A DNA stretch of 64,000 nucleotides, taken from positions 40,486,001 to 40,550,000 of the forward strand of contig OX597832.1 of the NCBI GenBank assembly GCA_951406725.2. Direction: 5' to 3'. Source of the stretch: Octopus vulgaris (Eukaryota). A model generated the notes under the pieces. That model was not told the DNA's origin and ran no database searches. It saw only the letters and a list, made by a program, of their open reading frames with translations. Below, in pieces: positions 37,401-49,719 of the stretch (positions are counted from its first letter, which is position 1; each line of letters opens with the position of its first letter). Both the position numbers and the translations under genes were made by a program.

Positions 37401-40400
37401 CCACATGCTTTTTTTCAGTCATAGAGTTAGATTTATGAAGGTCTTCAGTAGAAAATCCTTCGAATTCTGACTCGCTGCTTGATATAATGAAATTCGTATC
37501 CATTTTTTGTCAGAATTACAAATTTTGAAAACACAATAGGAACAAATTTCGGAAAAAAATCTCCCAAAATTCACGGAATTAAAATTACACTTCGATTATT
37601 GTACAAAACTGTAGTTGAACTGTTTACGAAGTATAATACGTGTTTTCACGAATGTACTAGAGAGATTTGCTCTGATATTCTCATTTAAATATGAATAGGT
37701 AAATTCGGGCGGGTTTGGTCACATTAACCAAAATTTTTTTCGGGCGGCTTTGGGCGGTTTGGTAACGAAAGGGTTAAGAGACTTTTATGTTCTCCCTTAA
37801 GCAGGAACATTCACTCTCAACATGCTTGCCAATTTCTTTCATCTTTTCTCATATGTACTGAGTGGCAAACATCTCCTCTCCAGCCTTATTTTCCTTTTAA
37901 GATGGAAAACAAACAAGTTTACTAAACCAAGGCTGGAGATGAAGACGTCTGTCACTAAGCCTTTCATGTGTGTCCTCCACACTACCTCTTTTGCCAGAGC
38001 CACTACAGAGAAACCAACAGGCTTTGTCTTCCCTGTTCAGAGAGGGAGGTGGAACAATCTTTATTATAGACTTGGAAGACAATTGTACTCTTTCTCAAAC
38101 ATGACAGCAGTTGTTCACCATAAACCCACAATTCTGAAAGTTTTGGACACTGCACCACAATTGTGTGCAGAACAGTTTCACTGCTCTGCTCACATCTTGG
38201 GTAAGCATGAAGAGCTGTGCCTGGTGAGTTAATCTCAAACTGGTAAGGCTCCTCGGTAACACTGCCAAACCAGGGACTTTTGGAAGTTATCCATAGGCCC
38301 TGCTCCAAATGTTCTTTGGAACAAACCAGCAAACTGACCGTCATCGACGCCCAGGGATTCCCCCAGAGTGGCATCACACTTGGCCTCTATCACCCATCCA
38401 GGAGAGAAGCGCGAGTGCCTTACAACACTCGGCTTGCCATGCTCCCAACTTTGGTCTGTGCTTAATCCAAGGTTCCAGTTCACCGAAACTCGTGAACTGA
38501 GGAAGTAACAGTTTGGCAAACGGAGATGCAATCATGTCACAAACTTGGTTATGCTTCGATATTCATCCTTCTCCATTTGTTTCTTCACGTTTACACCTCC
38601 ACATCACTTTCACCCATTTTTTTTCTTTGCTTGTTTTCTTTGACTACCACCCTGCCTCCCACTTCTTAAAATGCTGTCTTACTTTCTCTTTCCCCCCTCT
38701 CTCTCTGTTTCACATGTTTATCATTACAAAACGGGTGTGCAGGAACACAGCTGCATTAGTATAGACACACGCGCACAACTTGTTACTAGATTGAAAAAGC
38801 AGTGATCTTCACAATCAGTATTGCAGCACCTGAGATCAGGTCGATTTCTAGCTGCAACTTCTACCATACAACCAAGTAACAACTATCCCATAACAGCAGG
38901 ATTCAGAATAATTAGTCAAAGAGCAAAAGAGACTCTCACAACCAACAACATCCAGAGAGAAAACAGACTCCACTAAGTTATTTGCTCTGCATCTAGTCTC
39001 CTTAGATTACAGAGTTGAGATGGTTGGATTCCAAAATCTTAACTCTACAACTATTAAATACCACCAACTTTCACGCAAGATTCGACTTTCTAGCTAAACC
39101 TTAAATTTGTCTACATCTTCACATTTTCCTGCAGAAAGTCTCTTAATTACATCAACTCTTAATTATGACAACATTGTTTATTAGTAACTATTATTAAATA
39201 CTTTAACTTTAATAGAATATAGACCTGCTGTAAGGATATTTGCCAATGTAATTGTTGAAACTCTTCTTTTACAGATGAAGAAAGCCTAATAACAGGTTAA
39301 ATACTTTCTCGTATATGAGAGAACATAATTACAGAGTGATAGTCATTTCTAAGTAGTTAAAACAGCAGAACATTCTGGTAGGTGAGCTACTGAATCTCAT
39401 GTGTGTATATATCTATATAACAATAACAGGTTTATAAGGTTAGTACAAATAATAAAAAAAACAGAAAATCAAATAATAAACTAGCAGATTGAATATATTC
39501 AACATCTCGATCTTGAGATGATGAACATAACTAACTTCTCGCTTTGAGAAATCAGGTAATTCCAGTGAATATTGAATTACATTGTAGTTCTCAACTTGTT
39601 TAACCCTTTAGTGTCACAGATTACTCCGTTAAATGTAATACTTTTTCACTCAAATCATTTTGAATTAATCGTGCATTATCTTATAGCTTTGAGGTTTCAA
39701 AGGTGTGATAGTTTATTCTTAGAATGTCAATGTAGGTTAGGTGTAAGAGGCTAGATAGGGCCAGTTTGAATGTAAAAACATGTAGGATGTTTGGGCCGGA
39801 TATGGCTGGTTTAAACACCAAAGGGTTAGATTACTTAGCCTTTCATCTCTTTGAAATTGGTAATATCAGATAAATACTGGAACCGATAAAATCAATTGGA
39901 ACCCTTAAAGGTAGTGTTCCAGCAAAGCCACAGCTCAATGATTGAACCCAGTATAACATGCATGTACGCGCATGCGCACACACACGCGCATCAACCAAAC
40001 TATCAGATGTCTCGATACGTCACTGGTTACAATGCACTTCTACTGCACCTGTCTCCCATTTGGGCCTGAATTTTTTGTCTATATCATCTTCCCATTTGGA
40101 AGTCTTCCAAATGATCTCTCTTCCTATCTCTTGACTGGTGCAAGTCCATCACCTGTTGTCTGTGGGTTTCCATGTCCAACCCAAATTAAATTGTGCTTTT
40201 GTATCCCAAGATCACACCATTCCCTCCATTCCATTGTGAAACTGGTGTCAGAAGAGCCTAGAATTCTGTGAAAAGACATGCTTCAGTCCCTTGCAGATTA
40301 ATCAAACTGCAGGCAGCTGTGGGTCGCAATGGAACCAGATAATAAATCTTTCCATAGACACCTACAACTGCATGTCTTTGATAGAGACAACCAGTATGGC

Positions 40401-43400
40401 CCATCTGCTGAAGGAGAAAGTAAAATCAAATAGGATGTGATAGAATTGTGTGAAGCACATTAAAATTAAAAAAACTAAAAGCAAGATGGGGAAATGGAAA
40501 TGTCGTGAGAATGAGAAAGGCAAAGGGTAAGAGGGAGCAAGAGATGGCATACATTTTATTATAAAGCAAAGGAAGAGTATTGGAAATCATGCAGTTTTTC
40601 ACACTGCATCAGGATGCTAAATGTCCATCTCTCATGAAATGTTATGCTCAAGATCATCCAAACCTATGTTCCACATGTCAGAACAAGGATGATGAAGTGG
40701 GGGGGATTCTATCAAGACTTAGAAAAAGTGCTAGCTCACAAATCCACCTACACCATCGTGATGGAAGATTTGATAAGAAACTGGGAAAAGGATGACAGGG
40801 GAAGAAACATGTCAGAAAATTTTGACTGTGAAAGAGAAAAAAAAAAAAAGAGGAAACATGGCCAACAGCCTATCCAGGAAAAGATCTGGAAAAGAGATGG
40901 ACCAGGATAACTCAAAACGCGGAGCATCAAAATAAGATTGACTGCATCCCAGTCAACAAACAAAGCATATTGCAGGACATCTCAGCCACAGCGTCATTCA
41001 ACACTAGCAGCAGCAACCATCGCTTGCTACAGGCAAAGATCATCACCAACAAAATTAGAGAGAAAAGAAGCACAGTGCATCACAATACAGAACCAGCAAA
41101 TTAAGATCTTCAATGTGACTCAATAGCAAGATGCTATCAAGAAGGAATCCAGGAGTTAGCTTGATGAAATCAATGATAATTTATTGATTGAGAAATTAAA
41201 AGCTGCCTGTGGAAAATGACGACTATAAACCAGCAAGAACTGGGCAGAAGGATTTCAGAGGAAACAAGGAAAATGTTAGAGAAAAGGAAGACTATGAAGA
41301 GGAACGTGGAAGATGACCATGAGTGTTCCATTCTCTACAAGATAAAGACAGCATCTGGTAAGTGACTCTCAGAATTATAGATTAAAAAAGTTAATGAGGA
41401 TGATGCAAAAGAGAGAAAAAAAAGAGATGCAAGAGAAAGAGGGCAGTATATAAATTGAAGGTAGAGTGTTCAAGAACAAAGACAGGCAAAAGGGAGGTGG
41501 AGGAAGTTTGTGAAACCTTTTACATAAATCTTTTTAAAATCCCCAGTGACATTTAATCATCTGTCATGACAAGCATTAGAAAAAGTGTCACTCAGTCTGG
41601 TCATCAAAACAGAGAATCCTTAAAAGATGATGATGAGAGATGAAGCTCTGGGGAAAGATTGGTATAACAATACAAATGTAGAGTGGAAGAGAGAGAAGCT
41701 GAAGAAAATCTTTGTCCTACAATTAATATTTGAAAGAGGAGAAAATAATCTTGCTGAAGGAGAAGCAGAATATTATCTTATTTAATAAGACGGATGATAG
41801 GAAAGATCTGAGAAACTATCGTCTTATATTCCTCTCCTCTCACTTCTACAAGTTGTTTACAAGGTCGTAGTTACTAGACTGTCGAAACATTTTGACCATC
41901 AACAAGGAAGGGAACAAACAGGTCTTCAGAAAAACCACATCACAACCGACCACATGGTCATTCTAACACAACCTCTAGGATGAGCAAAAAGCTGCCTATT
42001 TGCATTGTGTTCATTATAAAACAGCCTTTGATAGTGTTGAGATAAATCTAATAGTGAAATCTTTGAATATGCAAGAAGTTGAGATACAAAATATCAACCT
42101 TTTCAGGGAAGCAAACACAGGATGTACCAGCAATATAGCCCTGCTGTCACCATTTACAAGAGTTCAGTTAGGATAGGCATCAAAGAGAATCTATTAATGT
42201 TGAGAGAGAAGCTTTCGAAATAAACAGTTACCAGGGTAGCAAAATTTCACACAAATAACAAGGATGTAACAGCCTATTTATAAAGGTAGAAACTCCGGGT
42301 TAAGGTGAAACGTTTTATATAATCTAGATAAATAAATATATGGAGTTAAACGCAGGTGTTATTCAAATTCTGTTACTTCCAACATATGTTTAGAAGATGA
42401 CATTGGTATTATTCCAGAAGGAATAAAATAGTGTAAAACAATGCAATCTTCTCATCAGGGAAAGAAAGAAGCCAAACACATCAATACAACATTTTAAACA
42501 GAATGTGATGACTGCGTATAATGATAAAGGGAATGCTATTAAGTTTTTTAAAAAAAACCGTTTGTAGATATAATGCCAAAGGTAGCATATAGAAAGAGAA
42601 CTTGTCATCACTCCAGAGTCAATAAATAATGTACTAGTCCAGACCTGGAGTCAATCTAATCAATTAACCTTGTCTCTGAATTTCTGGCTTTGTACCAGTG
42701 AAAGAAACTTATATTTACACTAATTTATGTATGCTGTTAGTCTTAGTTGTTGTTGAACAAACTTTGGGGTCCTCAGAAGCAAAAGAATCTGTAAGAACGT
42801 TATCTGTTAAGGAGCAAATGTTATCTGTAAGACTTATCAGTCTCGCCATGATCATCCATATTAATTTTTTTAGTAACTATACTTTCAATGAAATATACTG
42901 ACCGTTAGGGAAATTTGAAAAGTGGTGCTTTGTAAATTAGGACAGATAATAGTAATCTATAAACACACACACATAAAAGGAGAGAGATATTTATTAGTGT
43001 GTGCTACTAACATACTTCTATATCTTTTCCAGGGTTTAGAAACCCAGGTGTAATCAGTGAAAAATATGGCAGTTAATTCTATGAAAATAAAGTTCAATAC
43101 ATGTTACCACATCATTACATGCCCACTTGCTCTTATGAACGTTGTTTAGCCTCAGATCAGCCCTAAAAAAGCAGAACCGTGATCAACAGGATTTTAGTTG
43201 TGACCATCCCAGTTGGTTCTGTGTCTAGAACTACATTTATATGATGTATCTTTCTTTTTTTCTTTAAAAAAAACAAAACTGTAGTGCTATTTGAGTGAAT
43301 ATATCTGCTAATTTCAACCACCATGTAGAATATCCCTCTACAGCATAATACAATTTATACATATATATTCACACACAATTTTTTACTTGCTGGGTCTGGA

Positions 43401-46400
43401 ACAAGAGACAGTGTCCATAGTCTTCACAGCTCACTGGTCCTTACTAAGATCGACTGATGCCATTAACTGCAAATCAACCCCAGTAGGAAAGCAATGTGAG
43501 GGCCAGCAGCACAAGGTGCTCCAGATTGTAATGCAGTAATACGAAACGACATTGTTGGTGGGAAGTGAGCATGTAATGGCAGCAGTGACCACACCTTCAC
43601 TAACACCGACAAAAAAAGCATGGAAGTGTTACTAGGAGAGGTTGCTGAATGAGGAGAATACATGTGAGGAAGAAGGGACAACCCCTTGCTAGATCCCAAC
43701 AGGGCAACCAACTAAGTGGCAATGAGAAGCTAAAAAATATATGCTAGTTACATTGTAAATGAGGTAGAAGAGAAAGGGGTCGTTCCTAATGACTAGCAGA
43801 ACAATATCCTCATCAACTGCTAGATGGGAAAAGAAGATGCCCCAGGATAAAGCTTCTGGAGAAACATCAAACTATTGTTATAAAAGGAACAGAATTAGGA
43901 AGAAAATTAACCGAGATGAAATGCAGTTTAGGTTTGTACCAAGAAAAGGTACCACCAATGCCTTCTTCCTAATGGGACAAATACAGGAAAAGTTCTTAGC
44001 AAAGTCATCACACCTAGCTTTCAGCATTCACTGACCTCGAGAAAGCCTTTGACTGGACTCAATGATCTGTAGGTTGGGGGTCATTAACCCTTTAGCATTC
44101 AGATTACTTTGTCAAATGTTATGTTTATTTAATTCACATTCTTTTGAATTAATTAAGCATTTCCTTGTAGCTTCAAGATTTCAGATGATGCAATTGTTTA
44201 CATTTAGAATGATGTAAAGTAGATACGAGAGACCAGATCTGGCTGGTTTGAACTTAAAACAGAATATTCAGGCCGGACATGTCCAGTTTAAATGCTAAAG
44301 GGTTAAGGAAACTAAATGTAGATGAGTAGCTTGTGAGAGTTATGCAGGCCATGTACAGAGATGCTGTCAATAAGGTCGGAGTTAGCAATGAGTTTGATGA
44401 AGAATCTAGCATGCAACTACAGTCAAAGAAACAAAGAAATTCCAAATAAGGAAGAAAATCCTAGAATTGAAAAGGCTTCAACCTCTTTATTGTGAAAATC
44501 TGATATATCTACTTGAAATTTCATTTTTCTCTTACATGCCAAAAGCAGTTTATATACCAAGCTATCTTTTGTTGCAGAATGCCATTTTGGAAACTATTTT
44601 TTGTTGAGATACGTAAAGTGTACTGAAGCAACACAACCTGCAAGAAAATACCAATTCTATTCTTTTTTTTTTTTTTTTTTGTAGATATTTAATATCATTA
44701 CTGGAATAACTATGAAATTTAATTTCACAGTTAAAGGATTGAAGTAAAAATAGTAATGGCAAACGTTTAGTTAGCAAGGAAACTCTAATGCCATCTTGGA
44801 AGAGGTCTGCTATATTTGCCAGGGGATGCACGTGTATACACACACACAAACAAACACACATGTAAGCAAAGTAACTGTAGTCCTCTTGATAACAACCACA
44901 GTAATAGACAGATTTGTTTTTTATATTTGAAGTAATTATGTATTGATATATTTGTCCATGTTGAGGAGATATACATACATGCAGCAAATATGCACAAATA
45001 CAAACAAATCTCAGTGTGTTTGTGTATATTTCTGTATTTGTAGGAAAGAATCATTCATGGCTAAAGTTTAGAAATGAAAAGCATGGTTTTAACTACTTGT
45101 GTGTGTGTGTGTGTGAGTGTGTGTGTGTGAGTGTGTGTGTATACACACAAGCACAATCATTTATATAACCATAAATTTTAGGTATAAATGATTCTCAACC
45201 GTTAGTGACAAAGAAATACTGAAACGACAACAAACATACACAATTAAATCTCATGCATAGATATGTCAAGAGTAAAATAGCTAAAATGATATATATATAT
45301 ACATATATAGGAAGGGCATCTGGCCATAGAGACCCTGCCAAAGCAGACATTGGAGCTTGATGCTATCCTCTGGTTTATCAGATCCTATCAAACCACCCAT
45401 AGCATCTCTCTTTTTCTCTCTCACTGGACAACCATGTACCTCCTCTATAACACCTGTTTCTGTCACACTCTAACCTTTCATCATCTGATACCGGATCATC
45501 TCCTCCAAATGCCCTTTCCGTTATAGCAAGACACCTGTTTCAGCCTCTGTCACACTAACCTTCCATCTTCTGACACAAGATCCCCGCCTCAAATGCCCAT
45601 GCCCCTCTCAAAATTCTTTGTCTTGCAAGTTACTTAGTGTTCCTGCCTGTGTTGGTGCCACGTAAAAAGCATCCAGTCCTCACTGTAAAGTGGTTGGCAT
45701 TTGAAAGGGTATACAGCTGTAAAGATCATACCTAAACTAACCTCGCCTCCACTCTGTGGGGTGGTTGGTGTTAGGAAGGGCATCCAGCCATAAGAAAACC
45801 TGGCCAAAACAGACATAGTAGCCTAGGGTAGTTTTCTACCTGGTCGGCTCTTGTCAACCATCCTACAAACGTTAAACAATGATGATGATGAGGATATGAT
45901 TTGGCCTTTTATACAGATACGCATAAGCACACATACATGGATCTTTACCAGTTTCAATGAGGAGTATTCAAGTCTGTTTGATCAACTGAACTATCCACTC
46001 AGTGAATTATCCTCTAAGTGGCCAAGTATTCCACAGACACGTTCCCTTAATGTAATCATCAGGTGGAATTAGTGTAATGCAGTGTGTGACAAAGTTGGCC
46101 TTTGAATTACTTGTATAGTCCATCTGACAGGCTCCCATACAGTTTCCATTTTCCTAGTTTCACTTGGCTCAACTCACAGCTACGATAAAAGACATTTGCC
46201 CAAGATGCCATACAGTGGGACTGAACCCAAGCCTCACGATTGTTAAGTGAACTCCTCAATCACAAGGGATACCTGCATCTCTCTCACACATTCATATTGC
46301 TTTCTTATGGAAGTCAACTGAATATCATGGTGACCACCTCTATTTGTTCTTTCCATAACTATACATCACGACCCTCAATGTGGAGCTTTGGTCACAAACA

Positions 46401-48888
46401 GCACTTGTGACTGTTTGGATAGAAAGGTTAGTTATTAATACTCAGTATGCATACCACTTTTCTCACTCATCTTTATAATACTAAACACATTTCCCTTCAA
46501 AGGAGATTCATAAATTTGGATTTGCAACCAAACTTTTCAAAAACAAACCCACAATTCCTTGTTTACCATGCCGAAGGCCTTTCACAGATCCACAAATGCA
46601 ATGAAGTGGTCCGGCATTTCTCATGAAGCTACCTTGTGCCCAGCAGAAGCTTTACTGTGGCTGGTGGGACGTCTTCTGAGATTGGGTGCACCAATCTTTT
46701 CAGTGTAACCTCATCTAGAAACCTTCCCAGTAATGGACAAGATTGCTAAATTCTTACTGTTGGGAAAAAAGGCGGATTTGTCTCCCTTGTTTTTCTAGAG
46801 TTGGACAATAAACCACCTTTCCAACATTTAGTTGTGTATATTCATTCGTGTTCTACACCTCTATGGTGTGGTGGTGAGGCACAATAACCTTAGCAAAGAC
46901 AGGTGACCCATCAAGGTAGTGGAGGATGAGTATTTCACAAAATTTCTCCATAACCCCTTGATCTACAGGTTTAGGAGATATCAAAACCTAGTGCTCCCTT
47001 TTGGTCAACTACTCTCTCATAAGAGATGTGGGTGTCTAATATTAGACTTCACTGGTACCAAGGAGCAATTCCCGGTGCCATATATTGTCATTATTGATTC
47101 ATAAACACGTCGTAACTGTTTCTATGCATCTAAAGTTCTATAATTTTGGCAAGCCAGCATTCATTTTTCAGGATGCGGATGGTGGACCGAAACGGATTCT
47201 GAAGAACTGGCAAATGCTTTTTGAAAAGTGTGTAATGAAAGATTAGCCAGAGTAACTCTGTTGGTCTTGTGCATGTGACTCAGGAGGAGGCCTGCTGATG
47301 GTGCTGGCGGTTTCACGGAATAGTCTTCAATTTTATTTTATTTTTGCACCTTGAATCCGAAATCCATCCCTCATCTACCTAGCTATCCATATATATGTGT
47401 TTGTGTGTGTCTACATACGCATATACACGCTTATATGTATGTGTTTATATCTCTACATACGCATATACACGCTTATAAGTATATGTTTATATCTCTACAT
47501 ACGCATATACACGCTTATAAGTATATGTTTATATCTCTACATACGCATATACACGCTTATATGTGTGTGTTTATATCTCTACATACGCATATACACGCTT
47601 ATATGTATGTGTTTATATCTCTACATACGTATATACACGTTTATAAGTATACGTTTATATCTCTACATACGTATATACACGCTTATATGTATATATTTAT
47701 ACGTCTACATACGCACATACACGTTTGTATGTATATGTTTATGTGTCTACATACGCATATACACGCTTATAAGTATATATTTATGTCTACATAGGCATAT
47801 ACACGTTTATATGTATGTGTTTATGTCTACATACGCATATACACGCTTATAAGCATATATTTATGTCTACATACGCATATACACGCTTATATGTATGTGT
47901 TTATATGTCTACATACGCATATATACACGTTCACACACACACACATGCAATATATAAATATATGCACACAACATAAACATACACGTCCACATTCCACGGA
48001 TACAAATATTCAAGCCTTAATCACTATTAAATTCGTATTCACACGAAGCACATGTGTGTATACGAGCATGCATGGACAGACACACACACACATACATATA
48101 TACATACCATATACACACATAAACAAACACAGAGGCCTATTAAACACACATATATATATATATACCATATATACACACACATAAACAAATACTGAAGCAT
48201 ATTAAACACACACACATATATATATACACACTGGCAGTTGATGATACAGCAGCAATAAACAGCACTGCTACAACTACATAAAGCAGCCCTTTTAAACAAT
48301 GAACTACAATTCTTGTTATGATGGGAGGAAGATAAAACGAAATATTTAGGGTCTCTTTTTAGGAAAGGGTTCCAATTCATTCCATAAACTCCTATTTTTT
48401 TCAAAACAAAGGAAGGAAGGGACACACAAGGAACAACAAAAACAGAAAACTGAATATTTATAGCTTCAAATATACTATTTTTAGGGTTTTTGGGGGGGTT
48501 TTTTTGGAGGGTTGCAGTGAATTTCCAGCAAATGGAAAAAAGACAATAAAACGAAGGATAAAAAGATTATAAAAAGGAGGAGGAAGACAAAATTTTCAAA
48601 GAGAAACTAACTTTGATCTATTTCGGAATCTTCCTCGAATCCTTCTTGGCGAAGTCGAACCTTTTCGGGAAATAAAGTTTTGATTTCTTTCCATCTTTTT
48701 TCGTTGACAAGTTTCTTGGTTTTGCTCTGTTTTCTCACCCAGGAAGAGATCCGGGTGCGGCACATCGGGCAACACAGGGACTCTTCGAAGTTCTGTTGGA
48801 AACACGGAAGACACAACTCGTGTTTGCATGGCAACGTTACAGGCTCGATGAGAAGATTGATGCAAATCGGACACGTATAGTTCTCCAT
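30664..48888 (-). CDS. RNF168: E3 ubiquitin ligase RNF168-like, 4 coding exons, about 433 aa; whole-gene span
   Basis: C3HC4 RING followed by CRTRISSWVR; PGEIREEYE; UMI/MIU1 (DEELARQLE); MIU2 (EEQDRLFALALQK); LRM (VNRSKGTSDGYKLR). Phases consistent; 1302 nt. Additional small exons cannot be excluded. Confidence 0.9.
32222..32342. repeat. 42-bp tandem repeat, about 3 copies, in RNF168 intron 3
   Basis: ctccttggaccacctcccaactgtcatcacaacacaccaact units. Confidence 0.85.
33172..33550 (+). mobile_element. tRNA-derived SINE, same family as 8809-9187
   Basis: High identity to 8809-9187; ends about 10 bp from the RNF168 exon 3 donor. Confidence 0.85.
33561..33716 (-). CDS. RNF168: RNF168 exon 3 (UMI/MIU1)
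   Basis: tttcag|LNEEREAQKRKEEEASVALL..KKDEELARQLE|gttagc. Confidence 0.9.
33837..34586. mobile_element. Long-TIR foldback element (GGATC termini, Merlin-like) with a piggyBac MITE nested at 33870-34095
   Basis: ggatctcttcagtttggc / gccaaactgaagagatcc; internal arms about 34096-34326 and 34348-34567. Confidence 0.75.
34898..34971 (-). CDS. RNF168: RNF168 exon 2
   Basis: tttgtttag|(I)FQPPRLQLAEPGEIREEYEKAVKK|gtaatt. Confidence 0.9.
36700..37773 (-). mobile_element. Internally deleted piggyBac transposon
   Basis: TTAA|CCCTTTCGTTAC..GTAACGAAAGGG|TTAA; transposase N-terminus with acidic region and YFYLLF..ITAETNRYAK (37111-37503). Confidence 0.9.
37860..38530 (-). mobile_element. L1/Tx1-type LINE ORF2 C-terminal fragment (zf-RVT-like)
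   Basis: WQCYRGALPV; PRCEQSSETVLHTIVVQCPKLSELW; frameshifted. Confidence 0.75.
40560..42180 (+). mobile_element. Decayed RTE LINE (APE and RT remnants)
   Basis: KIIQTYVP, TIVMEDL, DLRNYRLIFLLSHFYKLF, QGREQTG, FDSVE; many stops. Confidence 0.75.
43430..44410 (+). mobile_element. RTE LINE RT fragment split by a piggyBac MITE (44088-44302)
   Basis: DEMQFRFVPRKGTTNAFF..DLEKAFD, then LRKLNVDE..QAMY after the MITE. Confidence 0.8.
46330..47310 (-). mobile_element. Highly decayed LINE RT fragment
   Basis: AFVDL*KAF-like motif at about 46575-46605 on -. Confidence 0.45.
47395..47930. repeat. 42-bp minisatellite, about 12 copies
   Basis: ctacatacgcatatacacgcttataagtatatgtttatatct. Confidence 0.9.
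48612..48888 (-). CDS. RNF168: RNF168 exon 1 (RING)
   Basis: MENYTCPIC..LPCKHELC..CPMCRTRISSW; in-frame TAG upstream at 48988-48990; donor gttagt, phase 1. Confidence 0.92.
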
Positions 48889-48989
48889 CCAACTTAATAA
48901 TACTGGGGTGTCTTTGAGAGGATGGACCTTTCTCCCCTTTTTGCTTCTCTCTCTCTCTCTCCGATCTCTCCTATCTCTCTCTCTCGCCT

Positions 48990-49290
48990 ACCTCGCTCGC
49001 TCTCTTGCCTTCCTTTTGCTAATTTCTTATTCCAGTGCCGAAGAGAAAGCCGCCAACGAGGCTGTGTGTTTTCTGGCAAATTCCGGGGGGGCAGGGGGCC
49101 ACTTTCCGCAGAGAAAAAAGGGGAAGAAAAAGGAAGTTTAAAGATTCAGCAGAAGTCTGAGACTCAGTCAGAAGGCCGCCATCACATTTTTTAGATTGGC
49201 GCCTTCCGCTAGATGTCGCTATCGGCAGCAGACGTTAACTTCGCTGCGGTTTCCACAACCACCGCCCCCTTCCCTCCGCTTGCACAAGCT
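48990..49290 (-). promoter_or_regulatory. GC/CpG-rich RNF168 5' and promoter region with a YY1-like motif
   Basis: Local CpG enrichment. GTGATGGCGGCC on - at about 49174-49185 also forms a tiny uORF (MAAF*). Confidence 0.45.
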
Positions 49291-49719
49291 GTCGTATGCT
49301 TGAGTGTGTGTGTGTCTGTGTGTGTATACACACGCTTATATACGTATATGTGTTGTATACACACACTTATAAATGTATATATGTGTGTATACACACGTAT
49401 ATACGTATGTGTGTGTTCATATACAGGTGTATATATATATATACACGCGTGTGTGTTCATATATCCGTATACATACATATATATATACACGTGTGTGTGT
49501 ATATATATATATGTGTGTATATGTGTATATATATATATGTGTATATGTTTATATCTCTACATACGCACATATACGTTTATAAGTATATGTTTATATGTAT
49601 ATGTATATATATATATATACACGCGTGTATTCATATACCTGTATACATATACACGTGTGTGTGTTTATATATATATATTTATATATATACACAAACAAAC
49701 AAAAAATAGTACTCGAATA

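Noticed and set aside
38003-38531. ORFs as a nested host gene in RNF168 intron 1
   Set aside because: Frameshifted L1/Tx1 ORF2 C-terminal motifs
47395-47930. Regular repeats resembling a CRISPR array
   Set aside because: Head-to-tail units without unique spacers, no cas genes, eukaryotic context
48894-49079. 61-aa ORF as an N-terminal extension of RNF168
   Set aside because: Different frame, non-ATG start, built largely on (GA)n
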